64,000 nucleotides of DNA. It comes from a virus. Under the pieces are notes generated by a model, which saw nothing but the letters and a program-made list of their open reading frames with translations, ran no database searches and was not told the origin of the DNA. Location: IMG/VR virus record IMGVR_UViG_3300037307_000721. One strand, 5' to 3'. Both the position numbers and the translations under genes were made by a program. Shown here in pieces: positions 45,270 to 54,240 of the stretch (positions within the stretch are counted from its first letter, which is position 1; the number at the start of each line of letters is the position of its first letter).

Positions 45270-45727
45270 TGGCAGACGACGGGTCCGGAGTTCGTGGCGA
45301 GACCGTAGACGAGGTCCTCTGGCTCGACCAGACAGCGGACCCGTCCGAGCTCGGCATGACCCGGATGGTCAACGGCGTCTTCAGGTTCGTCGACAAGGAC
45401 GGAGTCTTCAATCTGCGCACGGGCGGCTCGGGCATCACCGAGGCCCAGCACGAGGCGCTCGACACGCTGGTCCACTGGATCGACGAGACCAACTGGCAGG
45501 AGATCGTGCGGAGCGGAGGCAAGGTCACCAACGTCATCAACTGGGAGACCGATGCCAAGCTGAAGAAGGTTCGCGAGTGCATCATCACCCGATCTGGCGG
45601 CAAAGTGTCGCAGCTCGATGCCATCCAGTACGACGGGGCTGGCGTGGAGAAGATGCGGTTGACCGGCGTGATCACCAGGGCAGGTGGCAAAGTGGCGTCC
45701 ATCGCATGGACTAAGACGGTGGCCTGA
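45269..45727 (+). CDS. Hypothetical protein with three (I/V)xR(S/A)GGKV beta-hairpin repeats
   Basis: 152 aa, TGATG coupling at both ends. Confidence 0.65.
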   Translation: MADDGSGVRGETVDEVLWLDQTADPSELGMTRMVNGVFRFVDKDGVFNLRTGGSGITEAQHEALDTLVHWIDETNWQEIVRSGGKVTNVINWETDAKLKKVRECIITRSGGKVSQLDAIQYDGAGVEKMRLTGVITRAGGKVASIAWTKTVA

Positions 45728-46515
45728 TGTTCTTCGTCATCGAAGTCGACAATGATGGGTTCAAGGTCTACGACTCCGCCGGGAATCTGATCGACCCCGC
45801 CAAGGACTCGTCCGTTCAGTCCGTGCTGACCACGCTCGCTGCCATCAAGGACACGGACGGTATCAAGAAGATCGTAGATGCTCTACCCGTTGGTGACAAC
45901 GGCATTGGCCGAGTGAAGATCTGGGACGGTACGACGGTCGCGGATGTTCTGAATTACGCCAACATCCGAAGACTACGTGTGGAGTCGCAGGAGTATGAGC
46001 TGAACACCTTTGTCGCCACAGCTCAGGGTGTCGTTCTGGGCAATGGCAAGTCGCTGCTGTCTCTCGTCAACGCGACTGGCAGCCCGGTAGTGGCGAGGGT
46101 GCGGGAGATCTGGATCTCTAATGCAGCGACCACAGCGGTGACCGGCATTGCTGCATTGTTTGAGGGACGGAGAATCACGGGACATTCAGGCGGTACGGTT
46201 GTTACGCCACTCTCTCACGATACCGTTGACTCCTTGAGCGTTAGTCTGAGTGCTCGGACAGCGGCGACTGTTACGGGCGAAGATACCTCGGGGCTGTTTG
46301 CTCGTCGGGTGTCCACCGACGAGTGGGGACCTGGTACGCTGGATGTCGAGGGTCTGGCTCAAGGGTTGTTCACAATGGGCCCGGTGTGGCGCGTGGCCCC
46401 GCCCTTGAAGCCCATCGTGTTGAGGGCAAACGAGGGGGTCAGTCTCAAGTGCGTCTCCAATACGACCGCTGGATCGTTTGATGTGACCTTCATCTTCACA
46501 CAGGAAACCCCATGA
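45727..46515 (+). CDS. Hypothetical virion-type protein
   Basis: 262 aa, visibly lower GC3 than neighbours. IKKIVDALPVGDNGIGRV motif. Confidence 0.6.
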   Translation: MFFVIEVDNDGFKVYDSAGNLIDPAKDSSVQSVLTTLAAIKDTDGIKKIVDALPVGDNGIGRVKIWDGTTVADVLNYANIRRLRVESQEYELNTFVATAQGVVLGNGKSLLSLVNATGSPVVARVREIWISNAATTAVTGIAALFEGRRITGHSGGTVVTPLSHDTVDSLSVSLSARTAATVTGEDTSGLFARRVSTDEWGPGTLDVEGLAQGLFTMGPVWRVAPPLKPIVLRANEGVSLKCVSNTTAGSFDVTFIFTQETP

Positions 46516-46838
46516 GATGGCTGTTCTGGAGAAAACGCATGCACGTCAAAGAACTCCTCAAGACCGACAAGGACACCGAGGGCAAAGCGATCAACGTCGA
46601 GGACTCGCAGGATTTGACCGTCCAGGTGGCTTCGACCGACAAGGCCAAGCCCTTCTCCGGGTCCGTGATCATCGAAGGGACGCAGGATGACCCAGAGCAT
46701 CCCGTTCGCTGGTCTACGGTGGCCACGATCAGCAAGGCTGACCTGGTTCGTTTATCGGGCTACACGCTGCGAGCCGTTCGGGCAGTGACCACTCTGATGG
46801 TTGCTGGTGAAGTGCATGTGACGGCTGCCTGGAGGTAG
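46512..46838 (+). CDS. Hypothetical small beta-sandwich protein
   Basis: 108 aa, ATGA overlap. G.V.IEGT.D...W pattern. Confidence 0.55.
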   Translation: MRWLFWRKRMHVKELLKTDKDTEGKAINVEDSQDLTVQVASTDKAKPFSGSVIIEGTQDDPEHPVRWSTVATISKADLVRLSGYTLRAVRAVTTLMVAGEVHVTAAWR

Positions 46839-46842
46839 ACCT

Positions 46843-47712
46843 GTGGGCGTCCCGAAGACACCAGATGGAAAGCCGATCATAGCGCAGATCAAACCATCTG
46901 CGCCCAAGCTCACGTTCATCACACCCAACTGGTGTGATCGGACAAGCTGGTATCCTAGCTCTGTCTACGTCGAAGAGGAAGTTGCCGCCGACAGTGGCGA
47001 CCACACGACCTACAACCTCACGCATCAGGATGTGATCGATACCTTTCACGGCAAGGTCACATTCGAGGACTTCCTGAAGGATTCGCAGGGTCGCAGCTAC
47101 CGCGTAACGGTGAAGGTTGACGACGAACTCCAGTTCGAGCAGGACCCGCACACAGGGTCCGGCGGCGACTTCACTGTGAACTACGCTGCGGGGACTATCA
47201 CCTTCCTCACCCTGCTCCAAGGGACAGAGGTGGTGAAGGTCACCTACCACTATGCCAACGGCAGTTCCTTCACCGTGGCCCCGATTGCAGGCAAGACGCT
47301 CGTGATCGAGAAGGTGGAAGTCCAGTGCTCGGACGACCTGGTGATGAACGACACGTTCGTCTTCCAGGCGTACGGGCTGGTGGACGTGTTCGCGCCCCAG
47401 CTCATGGAGCCGCCGTACAACCTGCCATCGGGGACCAAGATCCCTCTCGGCGACCCACTGAAGTACAAGACGATCAACGACATCATCAACGACAGCAACC
47501 ACAGCTACCCGGCATACCCTGCCCTCGGCGGCAGTGGGTGGCGGGCGAACAAGAAGCCGCTCTGGATCTTCGCCTGGGACTACGACGTGGGCTCGACTCT
47601 GCTCCACTCCAGCTACGGGATGGAGGTCAGGATCAGCCTGGAGCACGAGGCAAAGAGTGGCGGAACCAGTGCCACTGCAACTCTATACTGCACGAGCGAG
47701 GACGAGGCGTGA
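46843..47712 (+). CDS. Hypothetical beta-rich protein
   Basis: 289 aa, GTG start after GGAGG. Confidence 0.6.
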   Translation: MGVPKTPDGKPIIAQIKPSAPKLTFITPNWCDRTSWYPSSVYVEEEVAADSGDHTTYNLTHQDVIDTFHGKVTFEDFLKDSQGRSYRVTVKVDDELQFEQDPHTGSGGDFTVNYAAGTITFLTLLQGTEVVKVTYHYANGSSFTVAPIAGKTLVIEKVEVQCSDDLVMNDTFVFQAYGLVDVFAPQLMEPPYNLPSGTKIPLGDPLKYKTINDIINDSNHSYPAYPALGGSGWRANKKPLWIFAWDYDVGSTLLHSSYGMEVRISLEHEAKSGGTSATATLYCTSEDEA

Positions 47713-48044
47713 CCGGACAGCTTCCGAAGATCACCATCGCTCCGATTGCTGACCTGTGGTCGCTCATCCACTTCGGTTTCTGGGCGTTCATCTCGAGCTC
47801 CGTCGGTGCGATGTGGGAGCCGCCCCTCTGGGTGCATCTGCTCTACACGCTCGTCGGAAGCTACGTCTGGGAGGGAGTTGAATACCCGCTCCAGCGGAAG
47901 TATCCGGCGAGGTGGAGCTACCGGTTGGAGGGCAAGCTCAACGCCTTCGTGGGCGATCCGATCTCCAACTTGCTGGGCGCCGCCTTCGGCTGGTTCGTCG
48001 TGGCCTACTACCGGAAGCACTTCTGGGTCTGGAGGCGGAAGTGA
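47709..48044 (+). CDS. Small multi-pass membrane protein (H...WExxE...D..N pattern)
   Basis: GTGA overlap start, about 3 hydrophobic segments. Confidence 0.6.
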   Translation: MTGQLPKITIAPIADLWSLIHFGFWAFISSSVGAMWEPPLWVHLLYTLVGSYVWEGVEYPLQRKYPARWSYRLEGKLNAFVGDPISNLLGAAFGWFVVAYYRKHFWVWRRK

Positions 48045-48694
48045 GCCGTGACCCGAAAACGCATCATCCGACGAACCCTTTGGGAGTGCCCCTTCTGTCA
48101 TCGGGTGAGCCTGAAGATGCTCCAACCCCGGTCGAGCTGCCCAACCTGTGGGGCCCTGGTCGAGGACAGGGGTTGGATGTCACGGCTGGATACTCCACCA
48201 CCAACCGGCTCATCTCCAGGATCATCCGGTTCATCACCCGCGGAAGGGTGAGCCACGCCTGGATCGCGTTCCACGACGACGTTCTCGACACTCGCCTGGT
48301 CATGCAGGCCGAGTGGTGGGGCTTCGAACTTCGCCCATGGCCGCGCTGGGCGCGAGAGAACATCCTCGTCGCGGAGTTTCAGCTCCTCGTTCCCGCCGAG
48401 ATGCAGCTCCGGGCGGTGCGGCGCATGCGCGATCACCTGGGCGAGAAGTACGACAAGATCGGCGCGCTGTGGGCCGGTTTCACCGCCTGGCTCAAGCGCT
48501 GGTGGCGCGCGCGGCTCACCATCCGTCCGCGCAGAACCCCGCACAAGCTCATGTGTGCCGAGGCCCAGCTCGTGTGCCTGAAAGCAGCCGGCATCGAGGT
48601 GGTGGCGGACTGCTACGAGGAAACCGTGGACCCGCAGACGCTCCTCGAGCGACTGTCGTCGAGCGGGCAAGTGACGCGAGTCTACCCGAGGTGA
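48041..48694 (+). CDS. Permuted papain-like (NlpC/P60, YiiX/YebB C92-like) peptidase/amidase
   Basis: His precedes Cys: SRIIRFITRGRVSHAWI...GEKYD...LMCAE...VDP. GTG 48041 with GGAGG SD. Confidence 0.78.
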   Translation: MSRDPKTHHPTNPLGVPLLSSGEPEDAPTPVELPNLWGPGRGQGLDVTAGYSTTNRLISRIIRFITRGRVSHAWIAFHDDVLDTRLVMQAEWWGFELRPWPRWARENILVAEFQLLVPAEMQLRAVRRMRDHLGEKYDKIGALWAGFTAWLKRWWRARLTIRPRRTPHKLMCAEAQLVCLKAAGIEVVADCYEETVDPQTLLERLSSSGQVTRVYPR

Positions 48695-48697
48695 GTC

Positions 48698-49159
48698 ATG
48701 GCTGAGATGATCGAAGCGCAGGGAAACGCCTTCTTCGCCAAGTGCAAGGGCGCCGCCGTCATCATCACGGCGCTCACTGGCCTGGTGCTCGGCGTCCTGA
48801 ACTGGTTCAAGGACGTCAGGGACCCACGGGTGAAGGTCGGCTACGAGGAGCTCTCGAAGCAGGTGGTGGGCCTGTCGAGTGACGTGCAGAAGCTGGCCAC
48901 GGCCGTACGCCTGCAAGCGGAGGAGATCTCGACCATCCAGAACTGGATCATCTCCGAGCAGCACAAGCCAGCTCCGCCCGTGCGGCCGATTCGACCCGGG
49001 ACGGGCCCTGGCACGGACGCGGCCAGGCCGAGTCCGGAGGTCGCGAAGATCATGAAGTCGGTCAAGGCAGCCAAGGCGGCGAAGCCCGCGCCGGCGCCGC
49101 CTACGCGCAAGCCGGCGAGCTGGGAACAGGTACAGACCCAGGTGCCCAAAGGCCTCTGA
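48698..49159 (+). CDS. Single-TM coiled-coil protein with Pro-rich tail (holin-like?)
   Basis: AAVIITALTGLVLGVLNWF transmembrane segment, then heptads. Confidence 0.55.
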   Translation: MAEMIEAQGNAFFAKCKGAAVIITALTGLVLGVLNWFKDVRDPRVKVGYEELSKQVVGLSSDVQKLATAVRLQAEEISTIQNWIISEQHKPAPPVRPIRPGTGPGTDAARPSPEVAKIMKSVKAAKAAKPAPAPPTRKPASWEQVQTQVPKGL

Positions 49160-49171
49160 GAGGAGAACACC

Positions 49172-49954
49172 ATGAGACGCGCGCTGTGCATCGGCATCAA
49201 CAACTACCCGGGGTCGCAGAACGACCTCACGGGTTGCGTCAACGACATGATCGACTGGGCCAAGCTCTTTCGGGACCGTGGCTTCGACGAGGTCGTGACG
49301 CTGCAGGACAGCCAGGCGACCAAGAAGAACATCCTGGATGCCATGGAGCACGGCATCACGCAGACCGGGGCGAAGGACCTCTTCGCCACAACCTTCAGCG
49401 GGCACGGCACCTGGGTGCCCGACGAGGACCACGACGAGGCGGACGGCCGCGACGAGTGCCTGTGCCCGCACGACTTCGACAAGAACCTCATCACCGATGA
49501 CGAGCTCTTCGAGCTCTTCTCCACCCGCCACTTCGGCTCACGCATCGTGATGCTCTCCGACTCGTGTCACTCGGGCTCGGTCGCCCGCATGGCTCCGGCG
49601 CTCGGAACCTCTCGCCGCCTCGTTCGCTTCATGCCGCCGTCGATCTTCCTGCCGGACCGTCGCATCGCGGTGGCCAAACGCCTCGAGAAGGCGCCGTCCA
49701 AGGGCAAGATGCGCTCGACGTGCCTGCTCATCTCGGGCTGCAAGGACACCGAGTACTCCTACGACGCCTGCTTCAACAACCGGCCCAACGGCGCCTTCAC
49801 CTACGCGGCGTTGCAGGCCCTCCAGCACAACCCCGCGACCTACCGGGACTGGTACCTGTGCGTTCGCCAGGCACTGCCCTCGGTGTCGCATCCGCAGACG
49901 CCGCAGTTCACCGCGACGAGCTCGCAGAAGAAGTGGAAGATCCTGGAGGACTAG
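49172..49954 (+). CDS. Metacaspase (peptidase C14)
   Basis: RALCIGINNY, LTGCVND, FSGHG (catalytic His), DEADGRDE, SDSCHSG (catalytic Cys), ISGCKDTEYSYDA, GAFT, QTPQ. Confidence 0.95.
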   Translation: MRRALCIGINNYPGSQNDLTGCVNDMIDWAKLFRDRGFDEVVTLQDSQATKKNILDAMEHGITQTGAKDLFATTFSGHGTWVPDEDHDEADGRDECLCPHDFDKNLITDDELFELFSTRHFGSRIVMLSDSCHSGSVARMAPALGTSRRLVRFMPPSIFLPDRRIAVAKRLEKAPSKGKMRSTCLLISGCKDTEYSYDACFNNRPNGAFTYAALQALQHNPATYRDWYLCVRQALPSVSHPQTPQFTATSSQKKWKILED

Positions 49955-49957
49955 AAG

Positions 49958-50776
49958 GTGCAGGCCGAGCGCATACAGACCGGATCGACCGAGCCCATCA
50001 TCGCCATGGTGCTCGACCAACTAGGTGCGCCCCTGACGGGCAAGACGGACATCGTGCTCTCGATGCGCCGCCAGTCTGACGGCAAGTACCTCGACTGGTC
50101 CGACATGCGCTTCAAGAACGGCGGCCCGATCGTCCAGCTCTACCAGGTGATGACGGAGGTGAACCCGACACGCTCGCCCGGTGAGTACCAGCTCAGCCTC
50201 GACACCTCGGCGATCGTGAATGCCATCGACGACGACATCTACGAGACCAGGGCTGAGCAGTTGGGCGGCACGGACGCAGGCAACCTGCCCCAGATCGGCG
50301 AGCTCAAGGTCGACGCCTGGCTGCAGAAGATCTCCGAGGGCGAGCAGATCGTCCGGGACTTCGGCCTCGACCACCTGGTCTCGGTGAACCCCGGCATCGT
50401 GCCGCCCGCAGCGAACACGTACATCCGCCAGATCCTGGACAAGGAGGACCGGCTGCTCATCGGCGGGGACGTCTGCGTCGTCAAGCAGAGCTACGCCTAC
50501 GACGCGGTCGCCGACAAGGTCACGGGTCAGGTCTGGGTAGAGAAGAACAACCAAGTCGCGACCGATGCGCTGGCTGTGACCGTCACCTGGTACAACGAGG
50601 ACGGGACGGCGCTCTTCGCCATGACGGACTCGGCACCCGACGCACAGGGCGTCTTCAAGGTGAGCAAGCAGACCCCGGGGCTGGTTCGCAATCGGTCCTA
50701 CTACATGGTGGCCCTGGTGAACATGGCCACGCTCGGGCTGATCACGTCGGCCAAGGGCACCTTCACGATCGGATAG
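49958..50776 (+). CDS. Hypothetical two-domain Ig-like virion protein
   Basis: 272 aa, GTG start, DxxGxPLTG-type N-terminal motif. Confidence 0.55.
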   Translation: MQAERIQTGSTEPIIAMVLDQLGAPLTGKTDIVLSMRRQSDGKYLDWSDMRFKNGGPIVQLYQVMTEVNPTRSPGEYQLSLDTSAIVNAIDDDIYETRAEQLGGTDAGNLPQIGELKVDAWLQKISEGEQIVRDFGLDHLVSVNPGIVPPAANTYIRQILDKEDRLLIGGDVCVVKQSYAYDAVADKVTGQVWVEKNNQVATDALAVTVTWYNEDGTALFAMTDSAPDAQGVFKVSKQTPGLVRNRSYYMVALVNMATLGLITSAKGTFTIG

Positions 50777-50783
50777 GTTTCGG

Positions 50784-51308
50784 ATGGAGCTACGCACCTA
50801 CAGCGATCGAACGTCCCAGGCTCTGCACCTGAGTCCAGCTCTGTGGGGCGACACGCTCATCACGACGTGCGACCGTGAGACCCAGCCACTCTGGCTGCAG
50901 GTCGTCATCACCGTCTACTACCCGGATGCGTGCCGCACGCTCCGGTTCGGCCCGGACGCCACGCTCCTCATCGACCTCCTGCCGGAGATGCTGCAGGACC
51001 TGCGCATCGGTCCCGATGCGGTCCGCCAGCTACAGGACGAAGGCTACGCGAGCGTCGAGCTGGCCATCGGACCCGACGCCAACGTCACGGTGGAGCTCAG
51101 CACGACGGCCCCGGGCTTCGCCGAGCGCAAGCTGGTCATCGGCGCCCAGGTCGAGGCGCACCTGCAGCTTCTGGCGGACGGCTCGGCCCAGATCTGCATC
51201 GAACCGGATGCGTTGGCCAAGCTGGAAGCCGGAGGCGGCAGCCGAACGCTCCGAATCGGCCCCGACGCCGAGCTGAAGATCATCCTCGACATCTGTGGAG
51301 ACGAATAG
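50784..51308 (+). CDS. Hypothetical protein with LxIGPDA repeats
   Basis: 174 aa with six to seven copies of the motif. Confidence 0.6.
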   Translation: MELRTYSDRTSQALHLSPALWGDTLITTCDRETQPLWLQVVITVYYPDACRTLRFGPDATLLIDLLPEMLQDLRIGPDAVRQLQDEGYASVELAIGPDANVTVELSTTAPGFAERKLVIGAQVEAHLQLLADGSAQICIEPDALAKLEAGGGSRTLRIGPDAELKIILDICGDE

Positions 51309-51701
51309 ATGAGCGCGCAATACGACATCACCGCCGACTTCCTGATCAAGTCAGGCTACCGGCCCATCCACGCCGGCGACGACTACGACCATTCCTTCAC
51401 CGTCGAGCGCGCTGGCCTCCCGCTGAACAACATGGCCAAGATCTGGTTCACGGTGAAGGAAGACTTCGTCGACCCGGACTCCGAGGCCAAGCTGCAGTAC
51501 TCGACGGACGATACGTCGGAGATCGAGATCACGGATCCGGCCAACGGCGCCTTCGTCGTCCACCTGCAGGCGGCGGATACCGACGAGCTGGCTGGCACCT
51601 GGCAGTACGACCTGCAGGCCCGGCTGAACACCGGCAAGATCATCACCCTCGCCAGAGGCGTCGTGGAGTTCCTGCCCCACGTCACCCAGGCGCGGACCTA
51701 G
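51309..51701 (+). CDS. BppU N-terminal-like (Ig-fold) baseplate/fibre accessory protein
   Basis: GDD..F.V...WFTVKE...IEITD..NG.F.V.L...DT...YDLQ...G.I.TL..G. Confidence 0.65.
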   Translation: MSAQYDITADFLIKSGYRPIHAGDDYDHSFTVERAGLPLNNMAKIWFTVKEDFVDPDSEAKLQYSTDDTSEIEITDPANGAFVVHLQAADTDELAGTWQYDLQARLNTGKIITLARGVVEFLPHVTQART

Positions 51702-51716
51702 GAGAGGAGAATAGCC

Positions 51717-52328
51717 ATGAGGACCAAGCACATCGCATTGCTGCTGGCGCTCACGTTGGGCGCCGGAACCGCGTTCGCGCAAGAGACCAAGAAGACCGAG
51801 CCGGCGAAGGTCAAGGTCAAGAAGGAGGAGGCCAAGCCGGCGCCCGCGCCCACGCCCGCGCCCGTCGCCGCCCCAGCGGCGCCGAAGGCCAAGGAGGCCG
51901 CAGCCAGCCAGCCGGTGGCCTCGCAGCCCGCGGCGCAGCCCGACATCGCCCCGGTCAAGCCGCCGGCGGGCGTGACGCAGGTCGACCCGGACGACATCGG
52001 TTCGCTCATCAAGGCCATCATCGAGTCGGCCAAGACGGGCAAATGGGCGCTCCTCGTCGGCTTCATCATGATGCTGCTGACCTGGCTCGTGAACAAGGTG
52101 CTCAAGAGCAAGATCCCGACGAAGGTGCTGCCCTGGCTTGCCATCGGCCTGTCGACCGTGACCGCGGTCGCCTTCGCCTTGGGCACAGGAGTCGGCTGGA
52201 TCAACGCGCTCGTCGTGGGCGTACAAACGGGGCTCATGGCGGCCGGTAGCTGGAGCGCCCTCGGCAAGTACCTGCCGGGGATCGCCAAGAAGGCCGAGCC
52301 CGCGCCGGCTGAAGAGGCCAAGCCATGA
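51717..52328 (+). CDS. Holin-like membrane protein with cleavable signal peptide and Pro/Ala linker
   Basis: MRTKHIALLLALTLGAGTAFA signal, PAPAPT linker, three C-terminal hydrophobic helices. Confidence 0.55.
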   Translation: MRTKHIALLLALTLGAGTAFAQETKKTEPAKVKVKKEEAKPAPAPTPAPVAAPAAPKAKEAAASQPVASQPAAQPDIAPVKPPAGVTQVDPDDIGSLIKAIIESAKTGKWALLVGFIMMLLTWLVNKVLKSKIPTKVLPWLAIGLSTVTAVAFALGTGVGWINALVVGVQTGLMAAGSWSALGKYLPGIAKKAEPAPAEEAKP

Positions 52329-52660
52329 GCTGGTGGCGACAGCACTGGAGACTCGGGCTGGCGCTCATCGCCACCGGGCTGGGCCTCGTGCTCCTGCTCG
52401 TCCTCTACGCGCTGCACAAGCGCAAAGAGGCCGAGGAACTCAAGACCCAGCTCGGGCTGATGAACACGACGGTGAAGGTGGCCGGCCTGGAGGCCGACAA
52501 GAAGGCCCGAGAGAAGGAGCTCCAGGCCAACGCGGAGGAGGCGGCCAAGCTCGATGCAGCCATCCTCCAGGCGAAGAAGGACACCGTCGCTGTGGTACAA
52601 TCGGTCAAGGAGATGTCCGATGAGGAAGTCCTCGAGGCATTCAAGAAGCTGGGCTACTAG
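52325..52660 (+). CDS. Inner-membrane spanin (Rz)-like protein
   Basis: N-terminal TM followed by a periplasmic coiled coil. Confidence 0.6.
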   Translation: MSWWRQHWRLGLALIATGLGLVLLLVLYALHKRKEAEELKTQLGLMNTTVKVAGLEADKKAREKELQANAEEAAKLDAAILQAKKDTVAVVQSVKEMSDEEVLEAFKKLGY

Positions 52661-53063
52661 CCTGGCGCTGGTGTGCTTGCTGGCCGCGCCCGTGCGCGCC
52701 CAGACCGCGCCGGACACCCAGCTCCTGGAGGTCGGCGGGCAAAAGGGCATGTGGTTCCCCATGGCCAAGGCCAAGCAGCTCCTCTCGGACGTCTCGGAGC
52801 TGCCCAAGATCAAGGACCAACTGGCCCTCATCGAGAAGCGCCTCGAGCTCGAGAAGTCGCGCTCGGAGCTCCTCGACCGGAACGTCAAGACCGTCGAGCA
52901 GATCGCGGTGAACTGGAAGACCACCGCGGAGGGCCAGGCCAAGCTCTTGGCCAACAAGGACCCCTGGTGGCGGCACCCCTACCTCTGGACAGCGGTGGGC
53001 CTGGTCGTGGGCGTCGGGACAACCGTCGGCATCACCTATGCCGTCAAGCACGGGACGAACTGA
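52620..53063 (+). CDS. Spanin partner-like protein (signal peptide, coiled coil, C-terminal TM)
   Basis: ATG 52620 with AAGGAG SD inside the upstream gene (41-nt overlap). PWWRHPYLW..VG.V.G tail. Confidence 0.55.
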   Translation: MRKSSRHSRSWATSLALVCLLAAPVRAQTAPDTQLLEVGGQKGMWFPMAKAKQLLSDVSELPKIKDQLALIEKRLELEKSRSELLDRNVKTVEQIAVNWKTTAEGQAKLLANKDPWWRHPYLWTAVGLVVGVGTTVGITYAVKHGTN

Positions 53064-53711
53064 ATGGCCTACGATGACGACGACGAGAACGGCGATCTCG
53101 CGAAGACGGACCGGCTGGCGGCCATCCTGGTCCACGTGGGCGCCACGCGGAAGGGGATTCGCCGTCTCGAGGGGGACGTCAAGGAGGTCAAGGACAAGCT
53201 CGAGGACCTTCGAAGCAAGTCCGTCGACAAGGCGCATTGCACCAGCGAGCACGCCAAGGTAGACCAGAGCCTGCGTGACCTATCGCAAGAGCTTCGCAAG
53301 AAGGCGACCGGCACCGCGCACCCGGCGGTAGGCTCGCCCGCGGCGCAGCACATGGCCCAGCAGATGGCCCAAGGCAACACCGGCCAGATGCAGATCCCCA
53401 AGTCGGCCGAGGAGGTCATCGAGGAGCAGCGCGAGAAGACACGCCGCAGTCTCAGCTTCTGGATCGGTCTCATCGCCACGGCGAGTGGTCTGCTCGGCGG
53501 AGCGGTCTTCGGCCTGATGAAGCTCGGGCGCTACTTCGACCGCATGGACCAGGTTGTCGAGGAGTCCGAGGCGCGCACACGCAAGCTCCGGGAGCAGATC
53601 CGGGAGGAGCTCAAGGAGCCCAAGATCATCTACGTCAAAGTACCTGTGGCGCCGGACGGCGGAACCACGCCGCCAGCAAACCGATACGCTCCGCGACGAC
53701 CGAAACGATAG
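53064..53711 (+). CDS. Coiled-coil protein with a single late TM segment (holin/antiholin-like)
   Basis: 215 aa. FWIGLIATASGLLGGAVFGLM transmembrane segment. Confidence 0.55.
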   Translation: MAYDDDDENGDLAKTDRLAAILVHVGATRKGIRRLEGDVKEVKDKLEDLRSKSVDKAHCTSEHAKVDQSLRDLSQELRKKATGTAHPAVGSPAAQHMAQQMAQGNTGQMQIPKSAEEVIEEQREKTRRSLSFWIGLIATASGLLGGAVFGLMKLGRYFDRMDQVVEESEARTRKLREQIREELKEPKIIYVKVPVAPDGGTTPPANRYAPRRPKR

Positions 53712-54207
53712 ACGGCCTGGTCGGCCGGCGCCGAATCCGCTCCCGCCTGGGCAGGAAGAGCAGGGAGACGTGGGACAGGCCCCGCGGCCGGCCCAGCTTG
53801 CGCCAGAGCCCCACGGAGAGGTCGACGACCGCGCGATAGCGCCAGCCCTTGGGCGGCCGGCCCGGGCCCGTGAAGACCTTCCAGCGGCCCTCCCGGTAGG
53901 CGTTCTTGAGCGGCCCGGTGTAGATGCCGAACGGACCGGCGTCCTGCACCGTGGCCATGACGCATCGCGACGTGTCCCGGGCGCAGACCAGCACGCGCCG
54001 CCCGCAGCCCACCTTCCGCCACTTCCGGTAGGCGATGTGGACCTGGTCCTGCGTGAATCGCCCACCGCACGCTAGCTCGCCGGCATTCCAGCCGTCCCCC
54101 GGGTAGTACATGGACAGCGGCCCGGCGTCGTACAGCGCACCCTTGGCGCCCTCGGCCGGCACCAAAGATACAAGTGCTGCCACCAGAATCCCAAGCAAGT
54201 ACTCCAC
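53635..54207 (-). CDS. RlpA-like double-psi beta-barrel lytic transglycosylase with signal peptide (candidate endolysin)
   Basis: SMYYPG...LACGGRF...HIAYR...V.V...V.ATVQDAGPF...VVDLS...LG. Hydrophobic N-terminus, GGAGG SD. Confidence 0.75.
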   Translation of the reverse strand: MEYLLGILVAALVSLVPAEGAKGALYDAGPLSMYYPGDGWNAGELACGGRFTQDQVHIAYRKWRKVGCGRRVLVCARDTSRCVMATVQDAGPFGIYTGPLKNAYREGRWKVFTGPGRPPKGWRYRAVVDLSVGLWRKLGRPRGLSHVSLLFLPRRERIRRRPTRPSIVSVVAERIGLLAAWFRRPAPQVL

Positions 54208-54240
54208 TTTGCCCTCCTTCGGCGCGAGTCGGGAGGTTCG

